From positions 210,001 through 242,000 of the forward strand of contig NZ_CP042905.2 of the NCBI RefSeq assembly GCF_008000775.2: a stretch of 32,000 nt of DNA, read 5' to 3'. Of this stretch, positions 27,623 through 32,000 are shown piece by piece (the stretch's first letter is position 1; every line of letters starts with the position of its first letter). A model generated the notes under the pieces. That model saw only the letters and a program-made list of their open reading frames with translations, searched no databases and was not told the DNA's origin. A program made the translations under genes and the position numbers. The DNA comes from Promethearchaeum syntrophicum (GTDB taxonomy: Archaea > Asgardarchaeota > Lokiarchaeia > Sigyniarchaeales > Promethearchaeaceae).

Positions 27623-28837
27623 GTGAATACAATAGTTCCAAATGAATTTGAAGAAGAAAACGAATTTAATGAAAAAACTAGGATAATTGGAGAGCAATCA
27701 TATCAAACACTAAAACCTACTCTTAGTAAAATTATTGAAACACAAACGCAAATGATTTTTGATGGAAAAACTCAGCGATTAGGAGAAACAAAGGAATCTA
27801 CAATCATAGATGAGTTTTGGTCATATTACTCACAATTTTCTTCTGAAAATTTACCATCAGAAGAAATGTATTATGGGAATGAATTTGCAGAATTAAAAAT
27901 AACAATTCTGATACGGATGTTTCAAGATTTCTATTTAGAACGTATTTATCCAATAAGTTTTCCTGTTCCCATCATTCATACATCCTATAGATCATCTAAA
28001 AATAAGAGTAAAAATCCTGCAAAAATGTTCTTTGTAGGTGATACTCATGGATCTTTTTTTGATACAATAAAATTAATTCCATTTTTTGTTAAAGAGATCC
28101 ACAAAGGCGAAGAAAAAGGATATGAAGTAAAAATAGTTTTTATTGGTGATTTTGTAGATCGGGGAAAATTAGATATTCATAATCTTCTTTATATATTAAC
28201 TTTCAACTTAAAATATCAAAAAAATGTGCTTTTACTCCGAGGCAATCATGAGGAGATATCAATAAACGCACATTACGGTTTTGGCACTAGAGTGATGAAA
28301 CATTTTTCACAGCTTCTTTTTGCTTCTTTTAATCATATGTTCAAGGATTTACCATTAATAGCAATTTTCCATTGTAATGAAGGAGGTATTATGTGTTTAC
28401 ATGGAGGAATACCAATAGTTCCTAATATATCTACAGGAGGCTATGAAGTACCCCAATTGAATACATTCCAATTTAATAATCGTCAAGTTTGGATTGATGA
28501 AATGGATGAGGTAACTCAACAGATTTTATGGAATGATCCAATTAGAAATTATGATCCTAATTCTCCGCAAAAATATTTTAAAAGTCGAAGAGGTATAGGA
28601 TTTGTATTTAATCATGAAATTTTTAATGAATTTTGTGTTAAAAATCATGTAAATCTATTATTTAGAGGTCATCAAGTATTTTTAGAAGGTTTTCATAAGC
28701 ATTTTGATAATCGATTTATAACTATTTTTTCAGCGACAAATTACGTAAAAAAGAAAATTGATGCAAGATTTATAGAGTTAGATTCGGGAGATATTTACAA
28801 TTTTAAAGTTCACAGAATTCAAAATTTATCCTCCTAA
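27623..28837 (+). CDS. PPP-family (PP1/PP2A-like) metallophosphatase, copy 2
   Basis: GDTHGSF, IGDFVDRG, LRGNHEE, CLHGGIP, LWNDP, SRRGIGFVFNHEIFNEFCVKN, LFRGHQVFLEG, ITIFSATNY. Confidence 0.94.
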   Translation: MNTIVPNEFEEENEFNEKTRIIGEQSYQTLKPTLSKIIETQTQMIFDGKTQRLGETKESTIIDEFWSYYSQFSSENLPSEEMYYGNEFAELKITILIRMFQDFYLERIYPISFPVPIIHTSYRSSKNKSKNPAKMFFVGDTHGSFFDTIKLIPFFVKEIHKGEEKGYEVKIVFIGDFVDRGKLDIHNLLYILTFNLKYQKNVLLLRGNHEEISINAHYGFGTRVMKHFSQLLFASFNHMFKDLPLIAIFHCNEGGIMCLHGGIPIVPNISTGGYEVPQLNTFQFNNRQVWIDEMDEVTQQILWNDPIRNYDPNSPQKYFKSRRGIGFVFNHEIFNEFCVKNHVNLLFRGHQVFLEGFHKHFDNRFITIFSATNYVKKKIDARFIELDSGDIYNFKVHRIQNLSS

Positions 28838-28858
28838 ACTAAAACGTAAGGAATTGAT

Positions 28859-30484
28859 ATGAGCTATAGTTATGAAATAAAGGATTTTGATGCGGGTGGT
28901 CGAATTGGGAATTTTAAATTGGGATCAAAGAAATTAGATACACCCAATCTATTTCCCGTAGTAAATCCTTTTCAAAATTTAATTTCTCCAAAGGAATTTT
29001 ATAATCATTTCAAAATTCAAGCAATTTTTACTAATGCATATATTATTTACAAAAATCGAGAAAATAACCCCAATATTATTAAAAAAGGATTACATGAACA
29101 TTTGGGGTTTCCAGGAATAATCGCAACAGATTCTGGTGGATTTCAAGATTACATGTATGCGGGGGATATAAAACTTGCTCCTGAAGAAATTGAACCTTTT
29201 CAAGAAAAAATAGGTTCAGATTGCCCAGTTATATTGGATATTCCTGTTCAGACAACAGATCCATATGAAGAAGCAAAAAGAAAAGTAGATATTACAATTC
29301 GACGTGCAAAAGATAATATTTTACGACGTCAAAGAACTGACACTGCATGGTTTGCTCCAATTCATGGATCTATATATCCAGATTTATTGAAAGTTAGTTC
29401 TCAAGAAATGTCAAAATTAGATTATGGAATCTATGCTATTGGTGGAGTTGTTAAGACCTTCATAGATTATAGGTTTGATCTTGATATAGAAATTTTATTA
29501 AATGTTAGGAAATGGATAGATCCAAGTAAACCGCTCCATATGTTTGGACTTGGTCTCCCCAATTTCTTTTCTCTTGCTGTAGCCTGTGGTGCAGATACTT
29601 TTGATTCTGCAGCCTACATACTGTATGCAAAAGATGATCGATATTTCACGTTTACAGGAACTAAAAATATTAAAGATTTAAGTGAATTACCTTGCCATTG
29701 TCCAATTTGCATTAAATATTCTGCCTCTGAAATTCAAAAACTCCCAAAGGATAAACGAACTGAAGTGATTGCACGCCATAATCTTTATCATTCTTTCTCT
29801 GAAATTCGAACAATTAAGCAAGCAATTCGCGAGGGAACCTTATGGGATTTAGTTGAACAAAGAGTTCATGTACATCCCAAATACATTAAAGCTTTAAGAA
29901 AATCAATTGAGTTTCCAGATCATTTTAATCAATTATTAAATATGAATAAAATCAAAGGTCAGAAATTATTGAGCCCTTTTTCATTTTATCGCCCACATTT
30001 ACAGTATTTTCGAAAGAAAATTGAAAATTTTAAAATTTTTCCTTCTAAGAAGATTTTATTATGTGTTCCTGAACTAGATCTTCCAAGTGATAAGGGAATA
30101 TCTTTTGAGGGTTGGAAGAAAGAAATCAAATTAAATCCATATTATGAAGAAATTCAAGTAGTAATAATTAGCAATTCATTAAGTATTATTCCAATTGAAT
30201 TAGCCGAAATTTATCCTGCAGGTCAACATGAAGGATTTGTTAACATTGAACATAAAAAAAAAGAAATATCCATATTATTGAGCACCTTTAAAAAATTTCT
30301 ATCTGAGAATAAAAGTCAATTTAAATTTATAAAAATCTTAATTCCAATTACTTTTGTTAATGAATATCAAGTTCAAGAACAATTCCAACCAAAGAACCAT
30401 TTAATTTATTATATTAAAAATTTGATATCTGAAAATTTTCCAGAGATAAAAACCAGTGTTATTCAAACTATAGAGGAACTCTAA
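28859..30484 (+). CDS. tgtA: Archaeosine tRNA-guanine(15) transglycosylase
   Basis: TDSGGFQDYMYAGDIKLAPEEIEPFQEKIGSDCPVILDIP, AIGGVV, HMFGLG, DTFDSAAY and zinc site CHCPIC...H; C-terminal extension with IPIELAEIYPAGQHEG. Confidence 0.92.
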   Translation: MSYSYEIKDFDAGGRIGNFKLGSKKLDTPNLFPVVNPFQNLISPKEFYNHFKIQAIFTNAYIIYKNRENNPNIIKKGLHEHLGFPGIIATDSGGFQDYMYAGDIKLAPEEIEPFQEKIGSDCPVILDIPVQTTDPYEEAKRKVDITIRRAKDNILRRQRTDTAWFAPIHGSIYPDLLKVSSQEMSKLDYGIYAIGGVVKTFIDYRFDLDIEILLNVRKWIDPSKPLHMFGLGLPNFFSLAVACGADTFDSAAYILYAKDDRYFTFTGTKNIKDLSELPCHCPICIKYSASEIQKLPKDKRTEVIARHNLYHSFSEIRTIKQAIREGTLWDLVEQRVHVHPKYIKALRKSIEFPDHFNQLLNMNKIKGQKLLSPFSFYRPHLQYFRKKIENFKIFPSKKILLCVPELDLPSDKGISFEGWKKEIKLNPYYEEIQVVIISNSLSIIPIELAEIYPAGQHEGFVNIEHKKKEISILLSTFKKFLSENKSQFKFIKILIPITFVNEYQVQEQFQPKNHLIYYIKNLISENFPEIKTSVIQTIEEL

Positions 30485-30940
30485 ATGAATTCTACAAAAA
30501 AAGTAGAACGTATTTTACTTGATGAATTGATTGCGCGTGGACATCCAAATATTCTGGGAACCCACAGGACAACTATTGAAATAACCACAGAAGATTTTCT
30601 AACAACTAATGGAAATTGCATAATAGGTATTATGAGCTCTAAAAGTGTGAAAGATTATAATCCAAAATTAAAAGAAGCTATTCAAAATGGAAAAAAAATC
30701 GAGATTGAAATGGTTGCAGGTCCATTTAAGGAGATAATTGTTGGAGTGGGGCATAATGAATTGCCTTTATCAAATGAGATTTCAATGGTCTTTCGTTTAA
30801 GTGAATTTATTTCTGATAGAACAGCTCTAATTAATTGTTCGAAATCCTCAATAGAACTTGATAGAAATTTTATAAATTATTTAAAAAATCCATCAAATAA
30901 AATTATTGTTCAGTTTTTTCTTTTAGATGAAAACAAGTGA
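30485..30940 (+). CDS. DUF371 family protein
   Basis: DELIARGHPNILGTHRTTIEITTEDFLTTNGNCIIGI..SKSVKDYNPKLKEAIQNG....GVGHNELPLSNEISMVFR. Confidence 0.8.
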   Translation: MNSTKKVERILLDELIARGHPNILGTHRTTIEITTEDFLTTNGNCIIGIMSSKSVKDYNPKLKEAIQNGKKIEIEMVAGPFKEIIVGVGHNELPLSNEISMVFRLSEFISDRTALINCSKSSIELDRNFINYLKNPSNKIIVQFFLLDENK

Positions 30941-30947
30941 ATGCATT

Positions 30948-32000
30948 ATGAGTGAAATAAAAAAATGGATCCTTGAGATAGATCTCATTAATGGAAATTC
31001 TATAATAAAGAAACTTCAATCTATAAACGCGATTGATACGAATTTCAAGATTCACTCACAAAACAATTCTATTTTCATTCCTTTAAAGCATGAAATTGAT
31101 AATTTATCAGTACTACTTAATGGGTATGAATTTAAAATTTTTCCAGCTCAGAAAAATAGCAAGAACTTAATAGATCGTAAAAAAACTCATAGTAAATCTC
31201 TCAAAGAAACTCTTAAAGAAATTATCCCTTCTGAATTTCATAATTTGTTACCAAGAGCATTTGATATCATTGGAGATATTGCAATTATTGAATTAAATCG
31301 AGATGAACAAAAGCCTTTAAGACCTTTTATCAATAGTATTGGACAAATTCTGCTTGAAAATCATTCAAATATTAAATCTGTTTATGAAAAAGCCAGTGAT
31401 ATAGAAGGATTATATCGCACAAGAAAATTTGATCTGATTGCAGGATTAAATAAAACTGAAACTATTCATAGGGAAAATTTAGGCAAATTTCATGTAGATA
31501 TTGAACAAACTTTTTTTTCACCAAGATTAGCATATGAAAGACAACGTATCGCTAAACTTAAGACCGAATTCAATTTAAACGGAAAAATTTGGGACGTTTT
31601 TTGTGGTGTAGGCCCATTTATTATCCAAATTTCAAAAAAAAATCCTAAAGCTCACTCTATTGGAACAGATATTAATTGCAGAGCAATTGAATTGGCAAAA
31701 AAAAATATTGAGTTAAATAAAATTGTTGGAAATATCGAGTTTTATTGCCAAGATGTAAAAGAAATTTCGATTTCGCAAGTCTTTTCAAAATTTCAAAATT
31801 CTATCTCCAGATTTATTATGAATCTACCCGAAAAATCCATTCAATTTTTAAAAAATCTCCCCCAGTTTATTCAAAAAAATGGTGCTTTGTTACATTTATA
31901 TCAATTTAATAAAAAAATTAATCCGATTCAAGAAGCTAAAGATATTTTTGAAAAAGAATTGAAAAATACAAGAATTAAATTAAAAGAATATAAATTCTCA
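30948..32000 (+). CDS. trm5: tRNA (guanine37-N1)-methyltransferase Trm5, 3' truncated by window end
   Basis: ATG 30948; ALLPRAFDIIGDIAIIEL-like segment (LLPRAFDIIGDIAIIELN), SVYEKASDIEGLYRTR, IWDVFCGVGPFIIQISKKN, FIMNLPEKSIQFLK. The frame stays open to base 32000, which is why it is absent from the ORF track. Confidence 0.92.
   Translation, partial: MSEIKKWILEIDLINGNSIIKKLQSINAIDTNFKIHSQNNSIFIPLKHEIDNLSVLLNGYEFKIFPAQKNSKNLIDRKKTHSKSLKETLKEIIPSEFHNLLPRAFDIIGDIAIIELNRDEQKPLRPFINSIGQILLENHSNIKSVYEKASDIEGLYRTRKFDLIAGLNKTETIHRENLGKFHVDIEQTFFSPRLAYERQRIAKLKTEFNLNGKIWDVFCGVGPFIIQISKKNPKAHSIGTDINCRAIELAKKNIELNKIVGNIEFYCQDVKEISISQVFSKFQNSISRFIMNLPEKSIQFLKNLPQFIQKNGALLHLYQFNKKINPIQEAKDIFEKELKNTRIKLKEYKFS

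Noticed and set aside
18491-28837. Calling the cluster a T6SS or canonical tellurite-resistance (TerY-P) locus
   Set aside because: Only the kinase/PP2C/FHA/VWA parts are analogous. No Tss/Ter genes are in the window, and zinc-ribbon and PPP genes are not part of those canonical modules, so the named systems were not assigned.
1-32000. CRISPR array, IS element, prophage or integron
   Set aside because: No regularly spaced direct repeats with unique spacers, transposase, integrase or phage structural genes were seen.

Overview
The window is an AT-rich, gene-dense archaeal chromosome segment. The archaeal call rests on archaeosine-type tRNA-guanine transglycosylase, DUF371, Trm5, an AK6/Fap7-type adenylate kinase, a tRNA-Ile(GAT) gene with no encoded CCA, and TATA-like promoters. 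Eukaryote-like PPP phosphatases and a Ras-like or divergent GTPase make an Asgard-type lineage plausible, but this is not proven. The left part holds an HPRT-like phosphoribosyltransferase (5' truncated), a beta-carbonic anhydrase, adenine deaminase, and a complete ABC importer (membrane-anchored binding protein, fused permease, two different ATPases) followed by a DUF47/PhoU-like protein and tRNA-Ile. The middle holds a sulfite-oxidase-fold protein, a small GTPase, a TraB-family protein, a C69/secernin-like hydrolase, a TPR-array protein, a multipass membrane protein, an adenylate kinase and a gamma-carbonic anhydrase-like protein. The most interesting region is a tightly packed, co-directional cluster at 18491-28837. 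It encodes a VWA protein, a zinc-ribbon/Pro-rich/FHA protein, three Cys-rich proteins (two with degenerate FHA-like C-termini), a Ser/Thr kinase-FHA fusion, a PP2C phosphatase and two tandem eukaryote-like PPP phosphatases. It runs without a strand change into tRNA-modification genes (ArcTGT, DUF371, Trm5). I interpret it as a candidate archaeal phospho-signalling system, analogous to but distinct from TerY-P and PpkA/PppA/Fha modules. A second notable observation is that the two ABC ATPases carry complementary motif defects, predicting an asymmetric importer with one degenerate ATP site. All homology calls were made from motifs by eye; no database search was run.
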